Program-made: the position numbers and the translations under genes
In this document: positions 27,973 to 37,211 of the stretch, in pieces
How positions within the stretch are numbered: position 1 is the stretch's first letter
How the letters are laid out: each line of letters begins with the position of its first letter
NCBI GenBank assembly: GCA_963548065.1
Contig: CAUUSZ010000001.1
Coordinates: 22,594 to 86,593 of the forward strand
Direction: 5' to 3'
Origin: an uncultured Candidatus Saccharibacteria bacterium
GTDB lineage: Bacteria > Patescibacteriota > Saccharimonadia > Saccharimonadales > Saccharimonadaceae
Length of the DNA: 64,000 nucleotides
The notes under the pieces: model-generated
Told to the model about the DNA's origin: nothing
Seen by the model: the letters and a program-made list of their open reading frames with translations, nothing else
Database searches by the model: none

Positions 27973-28097
27973 TCAGTATTAGGTATTCTTGGTCGTATCT
28001 TGCGTAGTTTGCTGGGTGGTGCCTTGCTGGGTTTGCGTAGTAGTGTTTGCTCCGTTTGATGGTATATTCGGCTGGGTGTATCGTGTATAATTGGTCT

Positions 28098-28775
28098 ATG
28101 GGCAACGCAAAAAACGTGGTAATATTCGACTTTGATGGAGTCATTGCAATCAGCGACGATGCACGATTCAAAATCCTCAAAGAACAAGCTTTACGATACA
28201 ATGTGGTAATATCAGATTCTTTGTATAAAGCAACCATCGGGCAAACAACCGCCAACTTCTTCAAAAAGCACTTCTCTCACCTAAATCCAGACACCACTCA
28301 TAGCATAATTGAAAACTACACAAAAATATACAGAAGTAATATCCTGCAGTATAGCAAAGAGGTCAAGTCGGTGACCAACTTCATTAAGAAACACAACGCT
28401 GAATACACCTTTGCGATTGCATCAACGAATACCATTATCAATATAGAAGCGATTCTCAAGAAATTTGACATCATTAATTTTTTCTCATGTATCATTGCTC
28501 GAGAAGATGTATGTAAGAAAAAACCAGATCCATCCGCGTATTTGAAGGTGATCGATAAATTAAATGTGCATAAGTCACAATGTATTGCAGTCGAAGATTC
28601 AGTAATTGGAGCCCAGGCCGCAATTAACGCAGGAATACCAGTCATTGGATTGTTGAATGGTTCGAATACCGTTCATGATTTCGACAACCTACCTTTAGCA
28701 GATGTTGTATCTACAGAAGCAGAACTTGCTGATGCGATACATTCCTATAAAAATCATGACACGCACAGTACTTAA
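28098..28775 (+). CDS. HAD-superfamily hydrolase (beta-phosphoglucomutase-like subfamily IA)
   Basis: VVIFDFDGVIA is the DxDG motif I, ASTN is motif II, and KKKPDP..VEDSVIGAQAAINAG covers motifs III and IV. The gene is visibly AT-rich relative to its neighbours. A TATAAT lies 6 nt upstream of the ATG. Confidence 0.8.
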   Translation: MGNAKNVVIFDFDGVIAISDDARFKILKEQALRYNVVISDSLYKATIGQTTANFFKKHFSHLNPDTTHSIIENYTKIYRSNILQYSKEVKSVTNFIKKHNAEYTFAIASTNTIINIEAILKKFDIINFFSCIIAREDVCKKKPDPSAYLKVIDKLNVHKSQCIAVEDSVIGAQAAINAGIPVIGLLNGSNTVHDFDNLPLADVVSTEAELADAIHSYKNHDTHST

Positions 28776-29173
28776 CATAGCAACCGAATAAGCACCATGA
28801 ACAGTGCCTCACTATTCATGCCCAACATATCATACACCTTTGCCGCTATATATACCTGGAGCCGCCGCACTGCTCTTCTCCGCCGCAAAACCATCTTCTA
28901 TGTTCATGCATACTCCTTTCGTTATTATGGTTCGAATATAGAGAGCAGGCGTTAAAAGAAGCTTAAAGTGAAATCTTGCAGAGTCCAACTAGTCAATGGC
29001 CTGAGTAAGCCTTTTAACTCTGCCGAAGATTTTTTAGCTGATCTCAAAAAGTAATACAACTCATGTGCCCTACTACTCCAGCTACTCCAAACCCAGTTTG
29101 ATACGCGTCTTTGCTTGTTTATCAAGCATCCGCTCTTTATATTGCCACCACAGGACGTTATCTACTGCGTACT

Positions 29174-29356
29174 CTACCTACCAGCAAGGCGCAGCCCCAC
29201 TGTAAAGGTCGTGCCAGTGCCGGGCGTGCTGTCGACAGTAATTTTGCCGCCATGCTCGTTGATCTGCTGCAAAACGAGAGCTTCGTCTGTGGTGAGAGTT
29301 GGTTGCTGTGCCATTGTCGTATACTCCTTGTTTATAGTTGTATCTGTAGTATGCAC
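29174..29356 (-). pseudogene. Remnant of a sensor histidine kinase (C-terminal HATPase_c piece only)
   Basis: LVLQQINEHGGKITVDSTPGTGTTFTVGL matches the G2-box and C-terminus of HATPase_c. There is no DHp/H-box, N-box or TM region upstream, and no response regulator nearby. Confidence 0.55.
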
Positions 29357-29570
29357 GACATGGCTTAGGGCTATCTTAAATCATCGCTTTTTACCAATTT
29401 TCTTCGCATGCCTGCACTAATCTCCGCTCTTCATATCTCCTTGAACCCCTCTCCTCTTTGCTTATCTCACCCTAGAGTTAGAGAGCCACTGTCTTGGGTT
29501 TATACTCTTAGTCCGTTCTGGTTTGCTCATTATCTACCCCTGTTCATTCCTCTTATGCTATACTAATCAT

Positions 29571-30071
29571 ATGAATCCGCTTGCGATGATTGCCTACCAG
29601 ACCAAAGACTATCCACGCCTGCCCAATGGAAGGATCGACTACACTGGTCAACTCATCTGTTTTGTCTTTAATTGCGTGGTATGCTATGGTGATGAGATTT
29701 TGCTAGCCCGGCGGAGCCAGCAAGAGGTTGAGCAGCCACGTATGCTCAATGGCGTCTCTGGCTTCATTGACCGGACTGATACGAGCATTACGGTACTGGC
29801 CGGGCAAGAATTGGCCGAGGAGTTGGGCATTGACCCGCGAGATACGACTATCGTGGTGGCACGGCAACCCCTGATGCAGATTGATGCAGCGCATAGCCGT
29901 CAGTGGTATGTGTATCCGGTGCTCGTTGAGTGTGCGCAGCGCATAACACCTCGGCTTAATGCCGAAAATAGCGCAGCAGCGTGGTATCCACTCACCGAGA
30001 TCGATGCCTTGCCACTGCTACCGTTTTATCACGAGACGCTTCACGCTGGCCTAGCAATGCGCCACAAGTAG
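29571..30071 (+). CDS. NUDIX hydrolase
   Basis: The Nudix box-like segment is GFIDRTDTSITVLAGQELAEELGI. The start ATG 29571 has a TATACT 6 nt upstream. Confidence 0.7.
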   Translation: MNPLAMIAYQTKDYPRLPNGRIDYTGQLICFVFNCVVCYGDEILLARRSQQEVEQPRMLNGVSGFIDRTDTSITVLAGQELAEELGIDPRDTTIVVARQPLMQIDAAHSRQWYVYPVLVECAQRITPRLNAENSAAAWYPLTEIDALPLLPFYHETLHAGLAMRHK

Positions 30072-30097
30072 GCTTTGCGTAATTGAAGAAATAATAA

Positions 30098-30126
30098 AGA
30101 GCCAGCCCAACGACTGGCTCTTTGTC
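30098..30126. terminator. Intrinsic terminator
   Basis: AGAGCCAG-cccaacga-CTGGCTCT is followed by TTGTCT, and an A-rich tract on the other side makes it potentially bidirectional. Confidence 0.7.
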
Positions 30127-30519
30127 TCTGTTACGATGCTATCTACACTGCCTGCGAGAGATCGTACACGGTGTATTGCGTGCCACCGTAGTCAACCTTG
30201 GTGCCAGCACTCGCCGCCCAGGTAGCGATGGCGGAGTTACCACCCGGCCCACCATGATGGGTAGTTTGTGTTTGGGCTGATGAGGATTTTACAGGAGAGA
30301 GATGAAAGCTAACTTAAAGAAACTCCTGCAGAAGCGACGTGCTCGTATCAGCCCATTTATTACTTCTCGCTGTCTTATTCTTCCTCTAGGAAGTTATGAA
30401 AGCTAGTATTTTGCCTAAGCACCAATATTGAGAAAGTAGCCCAAACTATCTAGCCTATTAGTATAAAGGCAATAAACCTAATACAACAGGGTATATGGAA
30501 CCAAGACAGAAGTTATACA

Positions 30520-33108
30520 CTATTCACTCGTGTGCTCTGCGAGCATTTGTGCAATCATCTCCGGTGTCCATACCGTGCCATCAGCAAAAACCACTTTTTC
30601 GATCTGCTGGCTTGTGCTCTCATGCAGTCCGTCGTATGAGTACGAGCCAAAATATCCTTGGATAATGATTTTATCACCTGTACCCGTGATAGCAAGCTCG
30701 AGACTTTCATATGATGAAAGGTTGATGCGTCGAACAGTCACATCACGCGGATTAATGTCTTCGCCAAACTGCAGTGTGTCAACGCCGTCATCATCACTTA
30801 TCGTGTCAACACCATCCCCTCGCTTGAAGGTATAGATATCGTTGCCGCCTGCACCATACAACACATCATTACCCTGCCCACCAGTCAGCATATCATCTTT
30901 CTCACCACCAATGAGGCTGTCATCACCGTCGTCCCCATAGAGCACATTTGCGTCTTGCCTCGCGCCACGCACCGTGTCGTTACCAGCTCCACTATGTACC
31001 GTGATACCATCATCATCAAAGGCGTCAATAGAATCATCGTCAGCTGTGCCTTGTAAGTGATGCGTCATAGTGCGGATTGCCTGCTCATCCCACACGGTGC
31101 CATCTGCAAAGACAAAGCGCTCGACACGATGACCTGGCACGGGACGGTTCCGTCCTGTCCAGTCACTCGAACCATAATAGTCTTTGATGCGAATACTACC
31201 AGAGCCCTTTATGTCTAAGACAAGATCATAGTCATTGCCTGGCGTGCCATACGGGCGACTCTCATAGCGTGCCATTACATCGCTTGGCACGATACCCGCA
31301 CCAAACCGTACAGTGTCAATGCCACCAAAGTCGCTAATCGTGTCATTACCATCACCACGGTTATAGATATATGTATCGTCCCCAAATTGAGAGTTGATCC
31401 GGTCATCACCTGCGCCGCCAACAATCAACCCGGAACCATTTATTCCATCATCACCTGCGCCACCATAGAGCTTATTAGAATCACCTTCTGAACCATTAAG
31501 GTTGTCATCGCCAGCACCGCCAAAAATTGTATCACTACCACCATCACCATATAGAGAATCGTCACCATCGCCGCCAAAAATCATATCATTACCACCTTTG
31601 CCCATGATGGTGTCATTCCCTGCATCACCCATCAATGTATCATCAGAATTCGTTCCTGTTACGTAATCATTCCCTTCTCGGCCCTCGACATAGACCGCAC
31701 GCTTCGTCACGCCATAGTCTGGGACGTGATCATAACCATCAATAGAATCGTCTGCTGCTGTACCAACGACATGTGCACTTGCACCAAAGACTATCTGCAG
31801 CCAACGCGCCATCGCATCAGGCGTCTCTACTATAGCAGCAAGTGTATCACGCGTTATTCTAGCTGCACCACTCAGTACACTCAGCACGGCAATGTCGAGA
31901 CGGAGCGAAGTTGTCCATTGCGTAGCCCCAGCAAGTTGTGCCATCAGCACACGAGCAAAGGCATCAGCTTGCTCACCCATAATCCGGCTTGTTTCATATA
32001 CACTAGAGGTAAGGATATTCACCTGATCGCGAATCACCTGTGCTACATCGACTATGATCTTCTTACCACTTTCAGCGACAGAGAGTGTTATTCGCACAAG
32101 CTCTTCAGCTGTAGCACTTGGAATCTCAACAACGATGAAATGAACACCATTGGCAATACCGGTATATACTTCCAGTGTTGTACGAAGTGCGCCAGCCAAT
32201 GTATTCGTGATGGAGTCTCCCTGCGGTACAGTGGCTGCTAGCGTACCATCATCAGTTAATAAACTACTTGGACGATGTGCATCGAAAGCTAGCTCTTGGC
32301 TAGTGCGATTCACTGCATACCCGAGCGATGCTATGCTTGCAGCTGCCATCCACCCCATAGCTGAGGCATGCTCGCCATTGCGTGCCGCCACAGCAATGGC
32401 ACCCTGCGCATACTGCAGTATTGTCACATAGTCACGGTCCTTCTTACGCAGCTCATCACTGTTCATATCCTTAATGTACACTGTGCAGCCCAGCTGCACA
32501 CCATACATACCAATGATATCGTGCTCATTGGTGTAGTCCGTTACTGAGGTATCATAGTCCCGCGGGTTGACATTCTTCAGCACTTGGCCAATCCCTACCG
32601 CGTCGAAGGTGACCGTCTTATATGCACCACCAGTTTTATACGCCATATACTGTGCCAGTCCACCACCGAGTGAATGACCGGTGAAGCTCTTGGTGCCCAC
32701 ATGAGCACCGCCACCAACTTTCTTGATCGTCTCGGTATAGAAGGTGTAGGCATCGTGGAATTGGTTCAGCCCATCCTGCACAAAAACATTTCCACTCGAT
32801 GCAATCGCAATATCCGACTCAATATCTTTCATCGCTTCCCAGATATTCTTATCAATATCTGTCCCGCGGTAGGCAAAGACAATGTCCTTGGTGGCTGGAT
32901 CTTGCACAGCAATAGCCGACATGCCAGATGAAGTGGTTGTAGTGTTGATGAGGTGCCAGGATGCGAGGGAGGAGAGGGGTTTAAGTTCAAGACGGTTGTT
33001 TCTAGGTACTTTCTTAATAATTTCTTTTAAAGATTTGTTGATATCATTATCAGAAAACGGCTCATATGCCAATGAGCTCAAAGTTAAAAACTGTTCGTCT
33101 TTTACCAT
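30520..33108 (-). CDS. Class-3 lipase domain fused to two RTX (hemolysin-type Ca-binding) repeat modules
   Basis: The N-terminal third carries FTGHSLGGGLAQYMAY (GxSxG elbow of lipase_3). The C-terminal half has two blocks of GGxGxDxUx nonapeptides (GKGGNDMIFGGDGDDSLYGDGGSDTIFGGAGDDNLNG; GGEKDDMLTGGQGNDVLYGAGGNDIY). Each block is followed by an HCBP-related segment ending VERFVFADGTVWD or IEKVVFADGTVWT. The start lies 2 nt after the upstream gene's stop. Confidence 0.85.
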   Translation of the reverse strand: MVKDEQFLTLSSLAYEPFSDNDINKSLKEIIKKVPRNNRLELKPLSSLASWHLINTTTTSSGMSAIAVQDPATKDIVFAYRGTDIDKNIWEAMKDIESDIAIASSGNVFVQDGLNQFHDAYTFYTETIKKVGGGAHVGTKSFTGHSLGGGLAQYMAYKTGGAYKTVTFDAVGIGQVLKNVNPRDYDTSVTDYTNEHDIIGMYGVQLGCTVYIKDMNSDELRKKDRDYVTILQYAQGAIAVAARNGEHASAMGWMAAASIASLGYAVNRTSQELAFDAHRPSSLLTDDGTLAATVPQGDSITNTLAGALRTTLEVYTGIANGVHFIVVEIPSATAEELVRITLSVAESGKKIIVDVAQVIRDQVNILTSSVYETSRIMGEQADAFARVLMAQLAGATQWTTSLRLDIAVLSVLSGAARITRDTLAAIVETPDAMARWLQIVFGASAHVVGTAADDSIDGYDHVPDYGVTKRAVYVEGREGNDYVTGTNSDDTLMGDAGNDTIMGKGGNDMIFGGDGDDSLYGDGGSDTIFGGAGDDNLNGSEGDSNKLYGGAGDDGINGSGLIVGGAGDDRINSQFGDDTYIYNRGDGNDTISDFGGIDTVRFGAGIVPSDVMARYESRPYGTPGNDYDLVLDIKGSGSIRIKDYYGSSDWTGRNRPVPGHRVERFVFADGTVWDEQAIRTMTHHLQGTADDDSIDAFDDDGITVHSGAGNDTVRGARQDANVLYGDDGDDSLIGGEKDDMLTGGQGNDVLYGAGGNDIYTFKRGDGVDTISDDDGVDTLQFGEDINPRDVTVRRINLSSYESLELAITGTGDKIIIQGYFGSYSYDGLHESTSQQIEKVVFADGTVWTPEMIAQMLAEHTSE

Positions 33109-33110
33109 GA

Positions 33111-33872
33111 CTATATCCTCCCTTTACTCTTTTTAAAGCAATCCTTAGAAGTTTCTTGCGCCGTTTTCTCGCTTATACCTCCATACTCCTGACAAATATA
33201 TCGTGCATCTTCAGTTCTGCTATTTACAACATATCTCACAGCATAACTTTTCGGGTTTTTTGATTGGACATACTCCACAAGTTTTCTTACGTTTTGGACA
33301 TCTTCTTCTTTTACCTGATCCCCTACTACAACAATAGATACTTCATATATAATATGGTCCCCATACTTTCGCAACATCTCAGCAAAAGCTGGTGTGCCCT
33401 GTATCTCATCAGCTACGTCAGGAGCAATTGTAATATCTGGCATATATTTTACTGCAGGTATAGACAACTTTTTAACCATCTTGGTAAGATCTTTTTCTTC
33501 CTGCTCATTGTAAAGCGCTGAGAGGTAGTTATCACGGTAGAGCCGGTGATCTTTCTCTAAAACACGAAAGGTATAAGAGCTACCCTCTCTATGTGCATCT
33601 GCAACTTTGCCGCCACTTCTTGCAAATCCACCTCCTTCAATTCGATAGTTCTTGATAATAAAGTGCTGGTGATATTTTTTCTCTAGATAGGCGCGCATTT
33701 CAGCCTGAGCTTGATGAGCCTCTACAAGATACTTAATATGAAATATACCGATTAATGTACCAGTTAATAGAAGTATGACGCATGTCGGAATAATGATAAC
33801 GCGGAGGATACCACGAAAAAGAATGGTGCGGAAGCTTAGCCTATTATTCTCGTTTGGTTCTTTCTTGTGCAT
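33111..33872 (-). CDS. Membrane-anchored partner protein of the lipase (paralog A2; candidate immunity/accessory)
   Basis: This 253 aa protein has an N-terminal TM helix (ILRVIIIPTCVILLLTGTLIGIF) and is homologous along its length to 34132..34887. The SD is GGAGGAGG. It is AT-rich. Confidence 0.7.
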   Translation of the reverse strand: MHKKEPNENNRLSFRTILFRGILRVIIIPTCVILLLTGTLIGIFHIKYLVEAHQAQAEMRAYLEKKYHQHFIIKNYRIEGGGFARSGGKVADAHREGSSYTFRVLEKDHRLYRDNYLSALYNEQEEKDLTKMVKKLSIPAVKYMPDITIAPDVADEIQGTPAFAEMLRKYGDHIIYEVSIVVVGDQVKEEDVQNVRKLVEYVQSKNPKSYAVRYVVNSRTEDARYICQEYGGISEKTAQETSKDCFKKSKGRI

Positions 33873-33930
33873 ATTTTCTAGCCTCCTCCACTTTCTACTC
33901 TGTGACTATTCTTACATTAATATAGAACTT
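33873..33930 (-). promoter_or_regulatory. Duplicated promoter/leader, copy 2
   Basis: About 60 nt upstream of A2 is nearly identical to 34888..34948. Read on the minus strand the shared sequence is AAGTTCTATATT..TG..AGAATAGTCACAGAG.AGAAAGT.G.GG.G.G.TAGAAAAT-ATG. Confidence 0.6.
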
Positions 33931-34135
33931 TCAGGTTATTCCTCTTCTGAAAGTTGTTTAATTGATGAAGCGCCATGAGGAGAGGAGATTTAAGTTCAAG
34001 CAAGTTAGTTCTTGCAGTCAAGTGAGAGACAATTTCTTTAAGGGTTTGTTTTGATACATCATCTAACAAACTATTTGGTATTACTTGATAAGCAAGCGAT
34101 GACAATGCAAGATACTGTTCAGTTTTCAAATTCAT
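33917..34135 (-). pseudogene. Truncated N-terminal stub of a second lipase
   Basis: The 72 aa product MNLKTEQYLALSSLAYQ...LLELKSPLLMALHQL aligns with residues 1-62 of the 862 aa lipase (MVKDEQFLTLSSLAYE...RLELKPLSSLASWHL). It then runs into the duplicated leader and stops. It overlaps the A1 stop by 4 nt. Confidence 0.7.
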
Positions 34136-34887
34136 TTTTTCTCCTTAACTATTTCTTTATCATATATACGAATATCTTGGTTTTCGTGAAGTATTTTTGC
34201 TATTTCATCTTCTAAGAGCACTATGCTGTGCTTGGTACCATTTTCGTACCATCGGTATATCAGTTTAGTCTCAGCAGGAACATCCTTAATAATCTGCAAC
34301 AACTGCTTGACTCGCTCATAGTGCACCAACGAAGGAGCATCGTTTTGCGCAGTTACTTCTAGCTTATAGAGTATACTTTGGCTATGCTTATGTGCTACCT
34401 CTTGAAATAACGGCAAAGCCTTAGTGTCTGTAACAGCATTGCCAATTTCGCCCGTTGCTATATCCACAGTAGACGCGTACGATCCAGTCATTATTTTATC
34501 GACCATCGGTTTTATTCTTGCCATTTCTTGCATACCCCATAGTGCATCTACATAATCATCCCATGAGTCTGAAAGTGACATCATCACCTTAAAGAGAAGT
34601 TTTTTGTTCGCCACAGGATAAGCTACCGCCTCAAACCACCCCCGCACCGCGAACCCACTTCCGTTTCGTATTGGTTTCTCGACAACGAATTCTTCTTTAT
34701 ACTTGTTACGTAAATACGTCTTCATTGTCGCTTGAGCTTGGCCAGCCTCGATATCTAACTTAAGATAAAAACCACCAACGAGGAGAAGCATAATGGTTGT
34801 TGGAATAATGATGACATAGAGGATACCGCGGAAGACGATAGTGCGAAGGCTTAGTGTGCCGTTGTCACTTAGTTTCTTTTTGCGCAT
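34132..34887 (-). CDS. Membrane-anchored partner protein (paralog A1; now orphan)
   Basis: This 251 aa protein starts at ATG 34887 (MRKKKLSDNG). It has the same N-terminus and TM pattern (LRTIVFRGILYVIIIPTTIMLLL; EAGQAQATMKTYLRNKY) as A2. Confidence 0.7.
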   Translation of the reverse strand: MRKKKLSDNGTLSLRTIVFRGILYVIIIPTTIMLLLVGGFYLKLDIEAGQAQATMKTYLRNKYKEEFVVEKPIRNGSGFAVRGWFEAVAYPVANKKLLFKVMMSLSDSWDDYVDALWGMQEMARIKPMVDKIMTGSYASTVDIATGEIGNAVTDTKALPLFQEVAHKHSQSILYKLEVTAQNDAPSLVHYERVKQLLQIIKDVPAETKLIYRWYENGTKHSIVLLEDEIAKILHENQDIRIYDKEIVKEKK

Positions 34888-34948
34888 ATTTTCTACCCTC
34901 ACCCCCTACTTTCTGCTCTGTGACTATTCTAGCACGAATATAGAACTT
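34888..34948 (-). promoter_or_regulatory. Duplicated promoter/leader, copy 1
   Basis: See 33873..33930. Confidence 0.6.
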
Positions 34949-35035
34949 CTGATTTCCCCTTTTATGCGCTATATCAGTCTAGATACCACATCGATAAACA
35001 ATCTCCATCCTGCTCCTCATTCCTTATCAATCACC

Positions 35036-35635
35036 TCAACCATTAGTTTGCTTTTTCAATACCTGGTTTACTATCCCAGACTTATGTCTCTTCATGTTAT
35101 CGCCCCCTTCTAAGGCCATCCAACCTGCTGCTACGGATGCTGCCACAGATAGCTCATTGTTCATGAGCATACCTCGTAACTCGTCAGGTGTTACATGCAT
35201 TACCTCAATATCCTCAGTATCATCAAGGTGTTGCCTATGCTTTATAGTGACATTATCAGCAAAGACGATCGCTATCTTGACACGGCTATTCGTAGGGTCC
35301 TCAAAAAATGTAGGTCCCTCTACAAAGAGACTGGAGGTGCCTCCAGTCTCTTCATATAATTCCCTTTTTGCAGCAATTAAAGCAGATTCACCCGCATCGA
35401 TCTTACCCGCAGGAAATTCTATAACACTTTGCTGCGCTCCGTGTTTATACTGACGCACCAGTAAAAATTTGCCTTCATGAGTGCGTGGAACAATCAAAAC
35501 GGCGTTCATACCCTCTCGCACGTAATAATCATCGAGGACTTTGCCCGACGGGAGCCTGACGGTTTCAATATTGAGCTTGTACCACGGTGAGTCGACTAAC
35601 TTCTTTTGACTTATAACGTTCCATTCTTGATTCAT
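35036..35635 (-). CDS. NUDIX hydrolase (ADP-ribose pyrophosphatase-like)
   Basis: VIEFPAGKIDAGESALIAAKRELYEETGG is a canonical Nudix box. The start is ATG 35635 (MNQEWNV), with a TACAAT 6 nt upstream. Confidence 0.8.
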   Translation of the reverse strand: MNQEWNVISQKKLVDSPWYKLNIETVRLPSGKVLDDYYVREGMNAVLIVPRTHEGKFLLVRQYKHGAQQSVIEFPAGKIDAGESALIAAKRELYEETGGTSSLFVEGPTFFEDPTNSRVKIAIVFADNVTIKHRQHLDDTEDIEVMHVTPDELRGMLMNNELSVAASVAAGWMALEGGDNMKRHKSGIVNQVLKKQTNG

Positions 35636-35848
35636 AGTATTATTGTAGTGTATCTTCAGATCTAGCACTACCATCAACTGTAGCATAAGTAGTATAAGCG
35701 ATGTCATACATCTATGTATAAACAAGACATTTACACGCTCGCAGTTCCCTTTCACATTGTACATCATAGGACTCCAGCGGCACACAACAAGTGATCTCAA
35801 GGCATGTTCAGTTTTTTATCCTTTCTCGTATGTAGTAAAATACTATAC

Positions 35849-37084
35849 ATGAATACTCAAGCGCACCACGTTATTACCGACGAACACTTGATCGATGAAG
35901 CGCTATCTCGCTCAGTTGCCGAAATTCTTCCGAGCAAAGATAGTCTCAAAAAGGAGCTACAAAGTGGCCGCCGCCTCACATTCTATCTTGGTATTGACCC
36001 AACTGCGAACTATGTTCATCTCGGGCATTCAACAAATTATCTGATGCTCGAACGGTTCCACGCTCTTGGCCACCGGATTATTGTACTAATTGGCGACTTT
36101 ACCGCCATGATCGGTGATCCGAGCGATAAAACTTCGATGCGTGTGCAGCTAACACGTGAACAAGTGCTGGAGAACCTGCAGACATTTAAGGCGCAAATAG
36201 GCAAGATTCTAGACTTTAACGATATCGACAACCCGATAGAATTCCAGTTTAATTCGGAGTGGCTCTCCAAGCTAACATTTGAAGACTCTGTGGAGCTTGC
36301 CTCCAACTTTACCGTGCAGCAGATGCTAGAGCGCGATGCGTTCAAAAAGCGAGTCGCTGCCGAGAAGCCACTCTTCGTCCATGAGTTCTTCTATCCGCTG
36401 ATGCAGGGCTACGATTCTGTGGCAATGGATGTTGATGTAGAGATTGGTGGCACCGACCAAACATTCAATATGCTGGCTGGCCGTACATTGCTCAAGCGCT
36501 ACAAGCAAAAAGAAAAGTTTGTCATGACAACCACACTGCTCGAAAACCCAGAAACTGGCGAAAAATTAATGAGCAAAAGCCTTGGCACCGGTGTGGGTCT
36601 CGATCTGAATGCCAAAGATATGTTCTTTAAAATCATGCAGCTGGCGGATGCGGGTATTTACCAGTGTTTTATGGATTGTACGCGCCTGCCTATGAGTGAG
36701 ATTGCTGTAATTAAAAATCGACTCAACGACGGAGAAAACCCACGCGATATCAAAAAGGATCTTGCCCGAGAGATAGTGTCAATGTACCACGGAGCGAGCG
36801 CCGCCGTTGATGCTGAGCAGCAACGGGTCTCTGAGGTGAGCCAGAAGAATCTTGCTAAGGATATTGACATCATTCAGGTAGATGCCCATGAGTCAATTAT
36901 CGATATCATTGTTCGACTGGGCATCACAAAAAGTCGCGGCGAGGCCAGACGGCTCATTAAGCAAAATGCCGTGAAGATCAATGACTCCAAAATTTCCAGC
37001 GAAGATACACCACTTACTAACGGTGACATTTTGCGCATTGGCAAGAAACACACCCTCAAGGTAGCCTTGCACCCAAATCAATAG
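35849..37084 (+). CDS. tyrS: Tyrosine--tRNA ligase
   Basis: GIDPTANYVHLGH is the HIGH motif, LMSKSLG is the KMSKS motif, and there is a C-terminal S4 domain (SRGEARRLIKQNAVKINDSKI). A TAAAAT lies 7 nt upstream of the ATG. Confidence 0.95.
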   Translation: MNTQAHHVITDEHLIDEALSRSVAEILPSKDSLKKELQSGRRLTFYLGIDPTANYVHLGHSTNYLMLERFHALGHRIIVLIGDFTAMIGDPSDKTSMRVQLTREQVLENLQTFKAQIGKILDFNDIDNPIEFQFNSEWLSKLTFEDSVELASNFTVQQMLERDAFKKRVAAEKPLFVHEFFYPLMQGYDSVAMDVDVEIGGTDQTFNMLAGRTLLKRYKQKEKFVMTTTLLENPETGEKLMSKSLGTGVGLDLNAKDMFFKIMQLADAGIYQCFMDCTRLPMSEIAVIKNRLNDGENPRDIKKDLAREIVSMYHGASAAVDAEQQRVSEVSQKNLAKDIDIIQVDAHESIIDIIVRLGITKSRGEARRLIKQNAVKINDSKISSEDTPLTNGDILRIGKKHTLKVALHPNQ

Positions 37085-37211
37085 CATGGTGCGGAAAACT
37101 GGTATTATTATGTCTACTACGGCAAGATGAATAATGTATAAGAGTGAGCTTACCTTCATGTAGTCATCTTTCAATCTTACTATCATCGATAGGTGATAAG
37201 ATATTACTAGT

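Noticed and set aside
28800-28915. Mini-ORFs of 21-25 codons follow an AAAGGAG on the minus strand in the gene desert next to the HAD gene.
   Set aside because: They are too short, there are two overlapping alternative frames, and there is no supporting conservation or signal.
30130-30310. A minus-strand reading frame encodes ..TTHHGGPGGNSAIATWAASAGTKVDYGGTQYTVYDLSQAV-stop downstream of the lipase gene.
   Set aside because: It looks protein-like, but there is no ATG, GTG or TTG start in frame after the preceding TAA, and it is under 60 codons. It is probably the decayed 3' end of a lost gene and is not reportable as a CDS.
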